A stretch of 64,000 bases of DNA, from contig OY761556.1 of assembly GCA_963664705.1 (NCBI GenBank), positions 4,416,001-4,480,000 of the forward strand. The letters run 5' to 3'. The notes beneath the pieces are model-generated. The model was not told the DNA's origin. It saw only the letters and a program-made list of their open reading frames with translations, and did no database searches. Both the position numbers and the translations under genes were made by a program. The DNA comes from Acidobacteriota bacterium. Its GTDB lineage: Bacteria; Acidobacteriota; UBA6911. Of the stretch, positions 8,641 through 18,415 are shown piece after piece (the stretch's first letter is position 1; each line of letters starts with the position of its first letter).

Positions 8641-10184
8641 CCGGATTTGAGATGAAAAATTTATTCATTCCCTTGCGTCGATTGCGGAGAACTCAGCCTT
8701 TTCTCATTCTTGAGATACGAACCCTCAGTGTGCGCTTGCACAAAGTGGAGTCCACACGCAATCCGATCCGTGTTCATCTGCTGAATGAGTGCATCCTGAC
8801 ACCCAACGATGCTCCGATGTTGGCGGATAAGATCCGGGATATTTTGGGTACGGCCTCAGAAATCCGCGATATTGCAATTGTCATGAATTCCCCGGTACTC
8901 AGACATCAGATCCTGGGGATCCCCATCATGAGCGCGACAGAGCGGCAAAAGGTTGTACCGCTTGAAATGAAGCACTCTTTTGACGCATGGGAAACCGCGG
9001 GGACCTTCTCCTTTTGGTCAGCGGGCAAGATCAAAAATGATGAATTGGCCAAGGAATACGTTCTTTGCGGCGAACTGCCGCGCATGGCAGCCGACGAACT
9101 CATCGCAGCCATTTCCCGGCAGAACTATAATGTAATCGGATTTACCTCTCATGCCCAGATGGTTTGCCACCTGCTCAAAGACTGCAGCACGGAAGATAAC
9201 CACAACGTTGCCCTGCTGGAAGTCAATGAGCATGAAGGAAGCGTAACGCTTTTCCATTCAAACATCTGGACCATGGACAGGCACTTCCTGATCGGCCGCT
9301 CCGGCGAATCGGAATCGGGAATATCGGCCGGGTTGGAAATAGAAAAACTCCGCCTCGAGGTGGGCAGAGCGCTTCAGTATTTTAAGCAACAGGTTCGCAG
9401 CGAAAATATCGGCCAGATATTTCTGTTCGGAACCACGCAGGAAGCCGGATTCATCAAGAGCCAGCTGGAGTCCTATTTCCAGATTCCGGTCATTCCGATA
9501 GCCAAGGAGAAAACAGGCGCGGAAGCCGAGTCGGCAGAATCTATCCTGGTTGATATCCCTCATGTCACGGCCCGGAATACTCAATTCGAAAAATATATCA
9601 ATTTCCTGCCGGCACAATGGGGAATGGAGAGGCAGAAAAGGGCCAAGACTGCCGCTCTGGCCTGTGCCGCCGTCCTGCTTTATTCCGTCATAGGAGGCGT
9701 CACGTATCTGCTCCAAAAAGAAGTGGCGATCATCGACCAGGCAGAGAAAACACAATCGCCCCTGTTGACGAATGCGGATCAGGGCTCTGAACAAGCAAAG
9801 CAAATCCAGTCCAGCCGCACCTTCGCGCTGGCAACAGAGCAGTCCTATAACTGGTCCTCCGGGAGGCATAAAACGATTGCCGAACTCATTCGCGAAATGG
9901 CCTCGGCCGCTCCCTCCGAAATGAACATCAGCGAGTTGGAGATAAGCGAAAAAGGAAGCTCCTGGCAGGTGAAGCTAAAGGCCGAGATCCGATCCTCCAA
10001 CGGTTCCCGATCCCAACAGCTGTTTCTGCGGTTCCAGGATCAAATGCAGCGGTTCCCCAAATTGAGACAACTTGCATGGAGTGGAGTGCAGCTGACCGAC
10101 TCCACTACCGTGGACGAAACGATCGCAGAGAATCTTCTTACCTTTTCCATGCAGGGAACCCTGTCGTCCGTTTCACAGCAATAG
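8637..10184 (+). CDS. PilM/PilN-like fusion (GspL/MshI-like alignment protein)
   Basis: ATGA overlap with the upstream stop. PilM-like LEVGRALQYFKQQ...IFLFG and INFLP motifs, one TM segment, then a PilN-like periplasmic region. Position in the cluster fits. Confidence 0.65.
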   Translation: MTGFEMKNLFIPLRRLRRTQPFLILEIRTLSVRLHKVESTRNPIRVHLLNECILTPNDAPMLADKIRDILGTASEIRDIAIVMNSPVLRHQILGIPIMSATERQKVVPLEMKHSFDAWETAGTFSFWSAGKIKNDELAKEYVLCGELPRMAADELIAAISRQNYNVIGFTSHAQMVCHLLKDCSTEDNHNVALLEVNEHEGSVTLFHSNIWTMDRHFLIGRSGESESGISAGLEIEKLRLEVGRALQYFKQQVRSENIGQIFLFGTTQEAGFIKSQLESYFQIPVIPIAKEKTGAEAESAESILVDIPHVTARNTQFEKYINFLPAQWGMERQKRAKTAALACAAVLLYSVIGGVTYLLQKEVAIIDQAEKTQSPLLTNADQGSEQAKQIQSSRTFALATEQSYNWSSGRHKTIAELIREMASAAPSEMNISELEISEKGSSWQVKLKAEIRSSNGSRSQQLFLRFQDQMQRFPKLRQLAWSGVQLTDSTTVDETIAENLLTFSMQGTLSSVSQQ

Positions 10185-10240
10185 GTTCCGAATCAGGCAT
10201 TTTGCAGCCCTTGAGGCGCCGCGGAAAAAACCAACTAATA

Positions 10241-10268
10241 TAAAGTCCGGTTACCGGGAAGTCGATAA
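10241..10268 (+). promoter_or_regulatory. putative internal sigma28-type promoter
   Basis: TAAAGTC-N13-GTCGATAA in the 144-bp gap upstream of 10329. Confidence 0.5.
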
Positions 10269-10328
10269 ACCAATAGGAATTTATCGGTTGCAGGCGATTG
10301 CAGCGTTTGTGCATCAGGAGTAAAGCAA

Positions 10329-10937
10329 ATGAAAAGTCCATGGCAGCTCGGACTGTTGGCTCTGGCTCTCACAAGTGTCTCGGCCTATGACATCTATTTT
10401 TTTAAAAACAGAACACAGGCCCCGATACAAAACGAGAGTGTTTCGCAGCCCGGCTCTGAAGGTGCCGCGATACTCCCAGGACAGGATGCGGCAGCACCTG
10501 ACAGCCCAGATCCGATCCCGCCCATCTCCAGAGAAAACCTGGACCGGCTAGCCATGGAATCCTTTAAGCCGAATGAAGGACCGGAAGAAGATTCCACAAG
10601 CCATTGGCCTTCCCGAGACCCGTTCACAACCACAAAGATTGCTCCACCTCAGGTTTCATCGGTCATTGAAAATCCAGTAGTAAGGATTGAAGTTCCTAAG
10701 CCGGCACCTCCCGCCGAACCGCAATGCGTTTTCACAGGCGCATTGATACAGGGGGGAGATAAGCTGGCATTGATCAACGGAGAACCACTCTCGATCGGAG
10801 CCCAGTTGGGGGATTGGCGTTTGGTCGATATCACGCCGGACCATGTAATCCTCAAAGCAGGAAATGAGAGCCGCACGATACCCTTAAGAGGAGCAACCGC
10901 ATCCGCCGAGTCTGCACCCCGGAAGGATTCGCTGTGA
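10329..10937 (+). CDS. PilP/MshK/GspC-like pilus assembly protein
   Basis: N-terminal hydrophobic segment, Pro-rich linker, RDPF, then ALINGEPLSIG...LVDITPDHVILK. Confidence 0.55.
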   Translation: MKSPWQLGLLALALTSVSAYDIYFFKNRTQAPIQNESVSQPGSEGAAILPGQDAAAPDSPDPIPPISRENLDRLAMESFKPNEGPEEDSTSHWPSRDPFTTTKIAPPQVSSVIENPVVRIEVPKPAPPAEPQCVFTGALIQGGDKLALINGEPLSIGAQLGDWRLVDITPDHVILKAGNESRTIPLRGATASAESAPRKDSL

Positions 10938-11617
10938 TTCCAGCAATTTTCAGTGCCAAAAAGCGTCGGCTCAGCATGCTTCTGATCTTTGTCATCGGTC
11001 CGACGATCATTCATTTGACCATTGTCAATCCACTCCTGGACCGAATGTCTGCCTATCAGGATCGAATTCAGGCCAAGAAAGCCGGCGTAGCACTGGTCTC
11101 AAATGCCCCGGCACCGGCCTCAGATCAGGAGTGGGCCCAACTTGAGGAGATTAAGGACAGCGAGCTTTCTCGCCTGAAAAAGGTGGACAGCCGCAAATCA
11201 CTGCTGCAGTTCAGTGGAGCACTGGCGGACGCACTCGCTTCCGATGCTCAATCCTATGGACTAAAGGTCACTGGCGTGGACATCGATAACGCGCTGATCA
11301 AGGCCACTTATGTCCCTTCAGAAGATCAGGCGATGGAAAGACTGGCATCCTTGCCCGGCGTACAATGGCCCGAGTTGAAGGATCCGCTGGCAATTCCCAT
11401 GCGGCATCTGCCCTCGCTAGATATCCAGATGACCGTCGTTTCCGAATATTCAAAGGTTTTTTCTTTTATTGAAGCATTGCCTGAGTTTCCTGTGCCGGTT
11501 GTGCTTACAAATCTTGGGACCGTGGATGGCCCCCAGGCCAAGGCTTTTCGTTTGAAATTCCGCGGCTATTACTATTCCCCAGGCCAGGTACCCGTGGAGT
11601 TACAGGCAAGCAACTAA
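10934..11617 (+). CDS. PilO/GspM/MshJ-like membrane protein
   Basis: Single N-terminal TM, coiled coil, YSKVFSFIEALPEFP motif, GTGA overlap with the upstream gene. Confidence 0.55.
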   Translation: MIPAIFSAKKRRLSMLLIFVIGPTIIHLTIVNPLLDRMSAYQDRIQAKKAGVALVSNAPAPASDQEWAQLEEIKDSELSRLKKVDSRKSLLQFSGALADALASDAQSYGLKVTGVDIDNALIKATYVPSEDQAMERLASLPGVQWPELKDPLAIPMRHLPSLDIQMTVVSEYSKVFSFIEALPEFPVPVVLTNLGTVDGPQAKAFRLKFRGYYYSPGQVPVELQASN

Positions 11618-11702
11618 TACCCGATATTGCGGCGCAACGGCATACCACGCCGCCCAAACAGCTTTGATCTCATTAGCACCGAGCAGGGAGAAAAAGGAAT
11701 TC

Positions 11703-13451
11703 ATGCCAATAAAAACGAGCTCGAATTCGCACAAAATACTTCGATATTCGGCATATATCGGGTTGCTTGGACTTATGCTGCTGGCGGTGCAGCCTCAAAG
11801 CAAAGCTGTACAGCTGCTGGTATTGTCCTCCGAAACAGCCAAGCCCCCTTCGGGACCGGGCGACCCCAAATCCCGTTTCTCCCTGACATTCAAAGATGCT
11901 CATTTGCGTGAATTGCTTCTGCTTCTCACCAAGAACAGCAACTATAGCCTGGTAATGGAACCCGGTATCGATACAACTATCCCCGCGATGGATTTGAAAA
12001 ATGTGACTCTCGAGGAGGCGCTCCAGTCCATCCTGCCGGACCTTGGTCTCGAGTATCGATTTGACAGAGGCTTTTTGAGGATTACTCGCCCAGGAATGCA
12101 AACCCGTCTTTTCTATCTGAACTATATTGCCGCATCGCGCAGTGGAAAGCGCGATATGAATATGTCCTCGCGCTCGCAAACCGGCGGCGGGAATGGCGGC
12201 ACGGGCAGCTCGTCAAGCACCTCTGCTTCCTCCGGCGGGAACAACCAATCCGGCAATTCGGGCGGGAGCACCTCGGAAAATAAGAGCTCCATCATTACCG
12301 CCAATACGTCCGAGGTTTGGACCGACCTTCGTCTGGGACTGGAGAGCATTCTCTTCCCCAGCGGCGCGGAAAAAGAACCGGATCGAACCAATAACGAAGC
12401 TGCCGTTCCCTACGCAACAGCAATGCGGGATCCGGAGGGCCGTCGCCTTCTTATCAACCCCCAGGCCGGACTGGTCATGATTCATGCAGAACCTTCCTCG
12501 CTCAACGAAGCGGCACAATATATCGAAGCCGTGGAAGGATCGATTCAACGCCAGGTGCTGATAGAGGCAAAGGTGGTTGAAGTCACACTCTCCAAGGATC
12601 ATCAGTTGGGCGTCAACTGGGCCTCCATTCTCAATCCCACTTCAGGTTTCACCGGATTGCTTTCCTCTTCACTGGGTGTCACCTCACCATCAGCCTCGCT
12701 ATCGACCGGTTCTGTTTTGAACCAGAGCGTAAATGCCTCGCTGGGGCAGGCCCAGTACTCTATCAGCAACGGCAAGGTTGGCATGGTCATAGACGCGCTG
12801 TCCAGACAGGGACAGTTGCGCGTGCTGTCAAGTCCTCGTATTTCAACGCTCAACAATCAGAAGGCCGTTATCAGAGTCGTGCGCGAAGAGGTTTTCTTTA
12901 CCCAGTCGTCCATCGTTTCCCAGAGCATTGGCCCGACCGTAACTACGGAAAACATAGAAAATTTGATCGTTCCGATCGGGGTTGTGCTGGACATTATCCC
13001 CCAAATCTCCGCCGACGGTGAGATTACCCTGAGCATCAATCCCAGCATCAGCGAATTGGTAGAGGTCCGCAAATTTTCCAGCAGCCAGGGAGACTCGGTT
13101 TCCACTCAACCCGTAATCGACCGTCGAGACCTCGACACGGTGGCCAAGGTTCATAGCGGCGAAACCGTCCTGATTGCAGGAATCATGCGTGAACGAAAAG
13201 CCGAGGATCTTCGAGGAGTTCCATGGCTGATGCATCTGCCATTTGTGGGGAATGCATTTCGCCGAACCGAACAAAGCACAAGCCAGACAGAATTGGTCAT
13301 ATTTATCACGCCCACTCTCCTGACCGGAAAAACCATGGCCGACATAACCCAGCAGGAAAAGGAGCGCTTCCAGGAACTGGAACGGCCTTTTAAACTGGGA
13401 ACAGCCAACTCCATAAAAGAAGGATTGAAGGGAGAAATAGGCATTCGCTAA
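11703..13451 (+). CDS. outer-membrane secretin, MshL-like
   Basis: STN-like N-terminus, MQTRLFYLNYI followed by a Ser/Gly-rich insert, QVLIEAKVVEV, VLSSPRISTLNNQKA, ELVIFITP. Confidence 0.9.
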   Translation: MPIKTSSNSHKILRYSAYIGLLGLMLLAVQPQSKAVQLLVLSSETAKPPSGPGDPKSRFSLTFKDAHLRELLLLLTKNSNYSLVMEPGIDTTIPAMDLKNVTLEEALQSILPDLGLEYRFDRGFLRITRPGMQTRLFYLNYIAASRSGKRDMNMSSRSQTGGGNGGTGSSSSTSASSGGNNQSGNSGGSTSENKSSIITANTSEVWTDLRLGLESILFPSGAEKEPDRTNNEAAVPYATAMRDPEGRRLLINPQAGLVMIHAEPSSLNEAAQYIEAVEGSIQRQVLIEAKVVEVTLSKDHQLGVNWASILNPTSGFTGLLSSSLGVTSPSASLSTGSVLNQSVNASLGQAQYSISNGKVGMVIDALSRQGQLRVLSSPRISTLNNQKAVIRVVREEVFFTQSSIVSQSIGPTVTTENIENLIVPIGVVLDIIPQISADGEITLSINPSISELVEVRKFSSSQGDSVSTQPVIDRRDLDTVAKVHSGETVLIAGIMRERKAEDLRGVPWLMHLPFVGNAFRRTEQSTSQTELVIFITPTLLTGKTMADITQQEKERFQELERPFKLGTANSIKEGLKGEIGIR

Positions 13452-13489
13452 GCCCCTGAAATAGAGGCGTGGCCCGATTCCAGGCAAGC

Positions 13490-13512
13490 GGTCAGGGAAT
13501 TTTTCCCTGACC
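13490..13512. terminator. stem-loop at the end of the pilus operon
   Basis: GGTCAGGGAA-TTT-TTCCCTGACC, perfect 10-bp stem, no clear U-tract. Confidence 0.4.
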
Positions 13513-13834
13513 AATCACTAAACGCCTGCAACGCATTACTCCATCCAGGCCAACCCAACACAAATACTCATAGGACCGGAACCTGTTCTCGAACAGATCT
13601 CCGACCCTTGTTGCACGAATACCATGCGGTAGGGGCGAAGAGCCGGGAATAGGGGGAATCATGTGGTGCAAACTCCTATAAATACTTATATTTACTCTTA
13701 TCCCGTCCCTGGTGCTTGCTTAGGTCCGAAACAGACTTTTTGTAATCCCCATTTCCACTTTCAATAGCCGTAGGACTTAAAACCTCGCCCCGGACCACCA
13801 AATGACCCGGACCAAAAAAATGCAAATAACGCAG

Positions 13835-13851
13835 CTGGCACGACAATTGCT
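13835..13851 (+). promoter_or_regulatory. sigma54 (-24/-12) promoter
   Basis: CTGGCACGACAATTGCT exactly matches TGGCACG-N4-TTGC(A/T), about 80 nt upstream of the PEGA gene. Confidence 0.7.
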
Positions 13852-13929
13852 ATTTTCCTGATCGAGTGTTGTTGTCACCAAAAGTGGAAAAGGGAGTCTA
13901 TTCCACTGACAGGCGATTGGGAGGTTCTT

Positions 13930-14481
13930 ATGGACCGCAAACGAGTTTGTTATAGCTGCGGAACCGAATATCCGGACAGCATTCGGTTTTGTCCAAAGGA
14001 CAGTGCAGATCTCGAATACGCGCCTCTGACCTTGGATGACATTTCCAATGGGACCGGTCGGCACATGAATCGAATCGGGAAAATCCTGATTCGCGGGGTT
14101 CTGGCAATCCTCCTGATTGCATCCGGATTTGTGCTCAATTCCGTGGTCCGCAGCCTCGTTCCGGATACCTTCGAGCGCGGAGACCTGACTGTCAGGACAA
14201 CGCCATCCGGCGCCAGGGTGTACCTTGACGGTTCCCAGGTAGGTGTCTCGCCGGTGCGTCTTGCAGACATACCAACCGGCGTTCATGAGGTCAGAGCCGT
14301 GTTTCCCGGATACCTGGATGGTCAGGCCAGCGTTGAGATTCTGCCCAGTGCCAACCAGAAGGTGGACTGGGATTTATCTCCGTTGCCCTCTTATCGCCAA
14401 GGGATCGACAAGAAAAAATTCATCGCCAGATCCACTCCTGCTGCTTATGGCGACACCGTGCTGATCGCACAGATGCGCTAA
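13930..14481 (+). CDS. membrane-anchored PEGA-domain protein with N-terminal zinc ribbon
   Basis: CYSC...FCPKD, one TM segment, LTVRTTPSGARVYLDG...GVSP...GVHEVRAVFPGY. Confidence 0.8.
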   Translation: MDRKRVCYSCGTEYPDSIRFCPKDSADLEYAPLTLDDISNGTGRHMNRIGKILIRGVLAILLIASGFVLNSVVRSLVPDTFERGDLTVRTTPSGARVYLDGSQVGVSPVRLADIPTGVHEVRAVFPGYLDGQASVEILPSANQKVDWDLSPLPSYRQGIDKKKFIARSTPAAYGDTVLIAQMR

Positions 14482-14510
14482 CAGTCTAATAACTTGGGAC
14501 TCAGGATATT

Positions 14511-15590
14511 TTAACTCCACCAGCCTTTGGATTTAAAATAGAGGACCATCGCAACCGAGAGAACTGCCATCAGCACTATGGAGTAGGGGTATCCAAGCAT
14601 CCACTTTAATTCCGGCATATGCTCAAAGTTCATCCCATAGATCCCGGCAATGAGAGTTGGCGGCAGGAAAATTGCTGAAATAACCGTCAACACCTTCATT
14701 GTTTCGTTGGTACGGTTGCTGATGCTGGACAGATACACCTCCATCAGCCCCGACGTTACATCCCGATAATTTTCCAGCAGATCAATGATCTGCACAACGT
14801 GATCGTAGCAATCGCGCAGATAAACCCTTTCTTCTTCGTCAATAAGCGGAATGGGTTCGCGATGCAGAATATTCATCGTCTCTCGAAGGGGCCAGGCGGC
14901 GCGGCGCAGTGCCAGAAGCCCGTGCCTCATTTCGTGGATTTGCTCGAAAAACTTGCCAGTCGGCTGGGAGACAATGGCGTCCTCGAGTTCTTCGAGTTTT
15001 TCGCCATATCGTTCCAGTACAGGGAAATATCCGTCAATGGCAGCATCGACCAGGGCATAGGTCAGATGATCGGGCCCCGCGGTTCTCGATCGGCCCTTCC
15101 CCTCCCTGATTCTATCCAGTACGGGATCGAAGTATTTGCCCGGCTGCTCCTGGAAGCTGAGTACGAAATTCTTCCCTAGAAAAATGCTGATCTGCTCGGA
15201 GCCAAACCCCTCCTCTTGCCGGACAGCCCGGAGGACTATATAACAGTGGTTATTATATTGTTCTACCTTTGGCCGCTGATGGACGTTGAGTACATCCTCC
15301 AGCGCAAGCCGATGAATGCCGAAAAGCTCGCCTAGCTGGGTGACTATGGAAAGGTCGCCCAGTCCCGTCACTCGGACCCAGGTAACAGGATATTTACTGA
15401 GAAATTCGGGTATCGCCTGGACATTGTCGATATCCTTTTCGACCACCCTTTCCTGCCCATACGCCATCACATGCATGATCGGCCTGGGAGAATTGGGATC
15501 TACAATGAGCGTACCCGGGGCACTGCCAGGTGAAGCCCTGCGGGAAAATGCGGAGCTGCGAATCCGTTTCCTATTGGTCTTGCGCGACAT
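14511..15590 (-). CDS. corA: magnesium/cobalt transporter CorA
   Basis: HRLALEDVLNVHQRPK, YLRDCYDH, GIYGMNF signature between two C-terminal TM helices. Confidence 0.95.
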   Translation of the reverse strand: MSRKTNRKRIRSSAFSRRASPGSAPGTLIVDPNSPRPIMHVMAYGQERVVEKDIDNVQAIPEFLSKYPVTWVRVTGLGDLSIVTQLGELFGIHRLALEDVLNVHQRPKVEQYNNHCYIVLRAVRQEEGFGSEQISIFLGKNFVLSFQEQPGKYFDPVLDRIREGKGRSRTAGPDHLTYALVDAAIDGYFPVLERYGEKLEELEDAIVSQPTGKFFEQIHEMRHGLLALRRAAWPLRETMNILHREPIPLIDEEERVYLRDCYDHVVQIIDLLENYRDVTSGLMEVYLSSISNRTNETMKVLTVISAIFLPPTLIAGIYGMNFEHMPELKWMLGYPYSIVLMAVLSVAMVLYFKSKGWWS

Positions 15591-15669
15591 GACTCTGCCT
15601 CCAGGTGCTTCTGACCTGAAGAAACGCTAAACCGGCCGCGATGCTGACAGCGGCAATCCTGCCATGGGT

Positions 15670-17646
15670 TCAGCGAGACCCCAGATCTACGCGAAAATGA
15701 AAATCGACCGGGAACCAGGTATCCGGATCGGGCGCATCAGAGTCGCGAATTCCGACAATGCGGTAGTTCCCATTCCGGCTCAACTGGCCCAGATGAATCC
15801 GGTTGGGTTCCGCCAAAGCCCATCGGCGAAGAATCGGCATAGGCTCCCCGTCAATTTCAAAAAATAAGTCTACAAACCTGGCCTTCAACCCATCGATTTC
15901 CCCATCAAAGTATTTGCCCACAACACGGCCGGTCATTCCCACCACGCCGGCTTGGCCGAATTTCGGACGGTAGAGGAGATCCGGCACCGGCTTCGCCGTT
16001 GTCCGAACCGGATTTCCGGCCATCCCGCACAGGAACCCACGATTCTCCCTTTTGTCGCGAGACTCGATTTCGTAACAGGATCGGGTGTCGATGTTCAATC
16101 CGTATGCCATCGTATCCAGGCGAGCCAGCCCGATCTCCTGGGCATTGCGAAGGAAAAGCAGCCGGTGAACTCCGTCATAACCGGAAAGCATCCGCTCTAT
16201 TTTCGCGTCCACCCATGGAATCTTGCCGGGGGCGGAAAAAGTAGAAGACACCCGAACAAAGCGTGTCGTGGCAGGAAACGAGGGCACGATGTAAGAAACC
16301 GGCTCGTACCCGGACATCAGAATAACGCATTTATCGAGGTCCTCAATATCGGGGACCTTCAGCTTTAGCAGGTCATCTGCAAATTCGCTGCGCCCAAAAT
16401 GGATCGGCAGTGCAACTCCGATTGTAATGACCAGGACGGCACCGGCAAATACCAGGATTCCGATTTCTCTCCGGACAAGATAGCGAACAGCCACAATCAG
16501 GAATATGGGAGCCAGAAGCTCCAATACCGCGAGGTATCGATAGATCGAGGATAGACGAATCCAGCTGACATAGGAAATTACATAAAATATGGATAGGAAA
16601 GCCAGTACCCGGCCGTCCGCTGAGAACGGAGGACTCGAAGGAACGGACGACCCGGTAACGCCCGGGGCGCGATGACGAAAATTCGACAGACACCATCTGC
16701 CGGCAAGGATAATCAGGAGGGTGTAGCATAGTGCCAGCCGCACGTCTCTGAACTCAACCTCGCTGACCAGCGTATTCTTCCGGACAAAAAAGAAGGGATA
16801 GAGAATGAGCTGCTGCCAGTTCCGCGGCAAAAAGCGGTCGTCAAGGAAGTTGCTGTCACTGAAATATTGGGAATGAAAGAGCTTGTTGAGATAAGGGAAT
16901 ACCGGATTCTGATAGGAAAGATACAGTTGAGTTCCCCAAAATCCATACGTCGCTAAGAAGCCGATGAGCGACCCACCTGCAGCGGCGAAACAAACTCTCC
17001 CGCAGCCCCGGGATTTTACAAAAACCAATGGCAGAGCCAGCAGGAATCCCAGAAGGTAAATTGCGGATGTCGATTTCAGCCCAAAGGCCGCTCCCACCAG
17101 GGAACCCGCGATGGCAAAGGTTGTCACAATCCCTTTGCCGGATATCTCTCCTGTTTTCAGATGAGGCGCAATCAGCAGCAATCCCGCCAGGACCGGAATG
17201 CTGATGATATTGTCGCCATAGGTGGCGCCAAGCTCAGTCGTTGAGGTGATTCCGTAGTAACCGGCACCGGCGCACATAAGGCCAAGAGCATAACGATAGA
17301 GCAGCTTCGACTCCGAAAAAAGAATCTGGATAATCCTGAATACAAAGTAGAAATTCAGCCCCTGGACAGCTCCCAGCAATGCCGCAGCCCACCTGGCAGA
17401 CAGGTGTGCCAAAGTCCAATAGGAAAGCACATGGATGAGCGGATTGTGAAAGCTTTGAATCTGGGCGGGAGCCAAATCATATCCAAACGGCTTATGTAAA
17501 AGGGCAAACCCGGAGTAAAAATGATAGTTGAAGAGATCGAAGCCGGCATCCTGTCCGGCGAGAATAGCCAGACATGCCGAGCCCACCATTGACAGGCAGA
17601 GAATCGTCCAGTGACGGCCCTTCTGCCATCCTTTATTGTCGTTCAT
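15670..17646 (-). CDS. polytopic membrane protein, possible GT-C-type glycosyltransferase
   Basis: About 10 or more hydrophobic segments; acidic loop GQDAGFDLFNYHFY after TM1; soluble C-terminal domain. Start is 17646 or 17667. Confidence 0.5.
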   Translation of the reverse strand: MNDNKGWQKGRHWTILCLSMVGSACLAILAGQDAGFDLFNYHFYSGFALLHKPFGYDLAPAQIQSFHNPLIHVLSYWTLAHLSARWAAALLGAVQGLNFYFVFRIIQILFSESKLLYRYALGLMCAGAGYYGITSTTELGATYGDNIISIPVLAGLLLIAPHLKTGEISGKGIVTTFAIAGSLVGAAFGLKSTSAIYLLGFLLALPLVFVKSRGCGRVCFAAAGGSLIGFLATYGFWGTQLYLSYQNPVFPYLNKLFHSQYFSDSNFLDDRFLPRNWQQLILYPFFFVRKNTLVSEVEFRDVRLALCYTLLIILAGRWCLSNFRHRAPGVTGSSVPSSPPFSADGRVLAFLSIFYVISYVSWIRLSSIYRYLAVLELLAPIFLIVAVRYLVRREIGILVFAGAVLVITIGVALPIHFGRSEFADDLLKLKVPDIEDLDKCVILMSGYEPVSYIVPSFPATTRFVRVSSTFSAPGKIPWVDAKIERMLSGYDGVHRLLFLRNAQEIGLARLDTMAYGLNIDTRSCYEIESRDKRENRGFLCGMAGNPVRTTAKPVPDLLYRPKFGQAGVVGMTGRVVGKYFDGEIDGLKARFVDLFFEIDGEPMPILRRWALAEPNRIHLGQLSRNGNYRIVGIRDSDAPDPDTWFPVDFHFRVDLGSR

Positions 17647-17796
17647 CCGTTTACCCTGGCGTTTCATCTGCCATTATGACGTAGCAGTATGTGCGGACGT
17701 AACTAATTTTGCATATTGTCGGCACCGGCAAAGATTCAGCATCGGGGTATGCCCCCCCAAAGTGAGATTTAGGAGAAGAAGTGGGAAGTGCCGATT

Positions 17797-18324
17797 TTAT
17801 GGATAGGTGACTCGTAGCCCGTCGACCCGGGCAAACTCAGTCAGATGATGCGGCTTCACGCTTGTTGCGCTGAAAATGTCGCAGACCTTTACTCCGCGCG
17901 CGACAAGGGCGTCTCCAATAAGCGATCGATGGCAGCGCCATGGAACGGCTTCGGCGCACATGATCACGGTTCTTTTCTCCTTTGACAGTTCGACAAGCGC
18001 CATCAGGGCCCTGGCAAACTCAGGCGTCTGCATATAATCCGCAAAACCGCGGAACGATGGATTATGCCATCCGGCATTGAGAGAATGCTTCAGCGGATGC
18101 CGTAATCCGCCCAGGTCCTTCATGTGCCGATATTCCATGCCCCCCCCGCGCAGAGCCTGGGCCAGCGTATCCTGCCCGAATTGCGGGTTGTGCCGTGAGC
18201 GTGGAACTGAGCGGATATCTATAAGTTGCCGAATCTCATAATGCTGCAGCAGGCCCAGGAAATCCTCGATACTGCGCGTTGAATGACCAATGGTGTATAG
18301 TGCCCCCGCCTCCGCTCCTGCCAC
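17797..18324 (-). CDS. DUF488 family protein
   Basis: LYTIGHSTR, LIDIRSVPRSRHNPQF, MCAEAVPWRCHRSLI. Start moved to GTG 18324. Confidence 0.88.
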   Translation of the reverse strand: MAGAEAGALYTIGHSTRSIEDFLGLLQHYEIRQLIDIRSVPRSRHNPQFGQDTLAQALRGGGMEYRHMKDLGGLRHPLKHSLNAGWHNPSFRGFADYMQTPEFARALMALVELSKEKRTVIMCAEAVPWRCHRSLIGDALVARGVKVCDIFSATSVKPHHLTEFARVDGLRVTYP

Positions 18325-18351
18325 AAAAATACAATAGCAAAATCTGGCACA

Positions 18352-18415
18352 CTTCGTGAAATTTGCGGCAGATTTGCAGCTCCCTGCTGCCACAAATGGC
18401 TCGAATTTCACGAAG
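18352..18415. repeat. inverted repeat resembling a right-end/left-end junction of the CACGAATT cassette family
   Basis: CTTCGTGAAATT (18352-18363) pairs perfectly with AATTTCACGAAG (18404-18415). The interior aligns by eye with 56664-56723. Confidence 0.5.

Noticed and set aside
11601-11627. Weak sigma28-like site TACA-N15-CCCGATAT before the secretin
   Set aside because: Both boxes are degenerate and it overlaps the upstream CDS, so there is too little support.
18325-18411. N-terminal extension of the DUF488 ORF
   Set aside because: It runs through the inverted-repeat element. Family similarity begins only at LYTIGHS.
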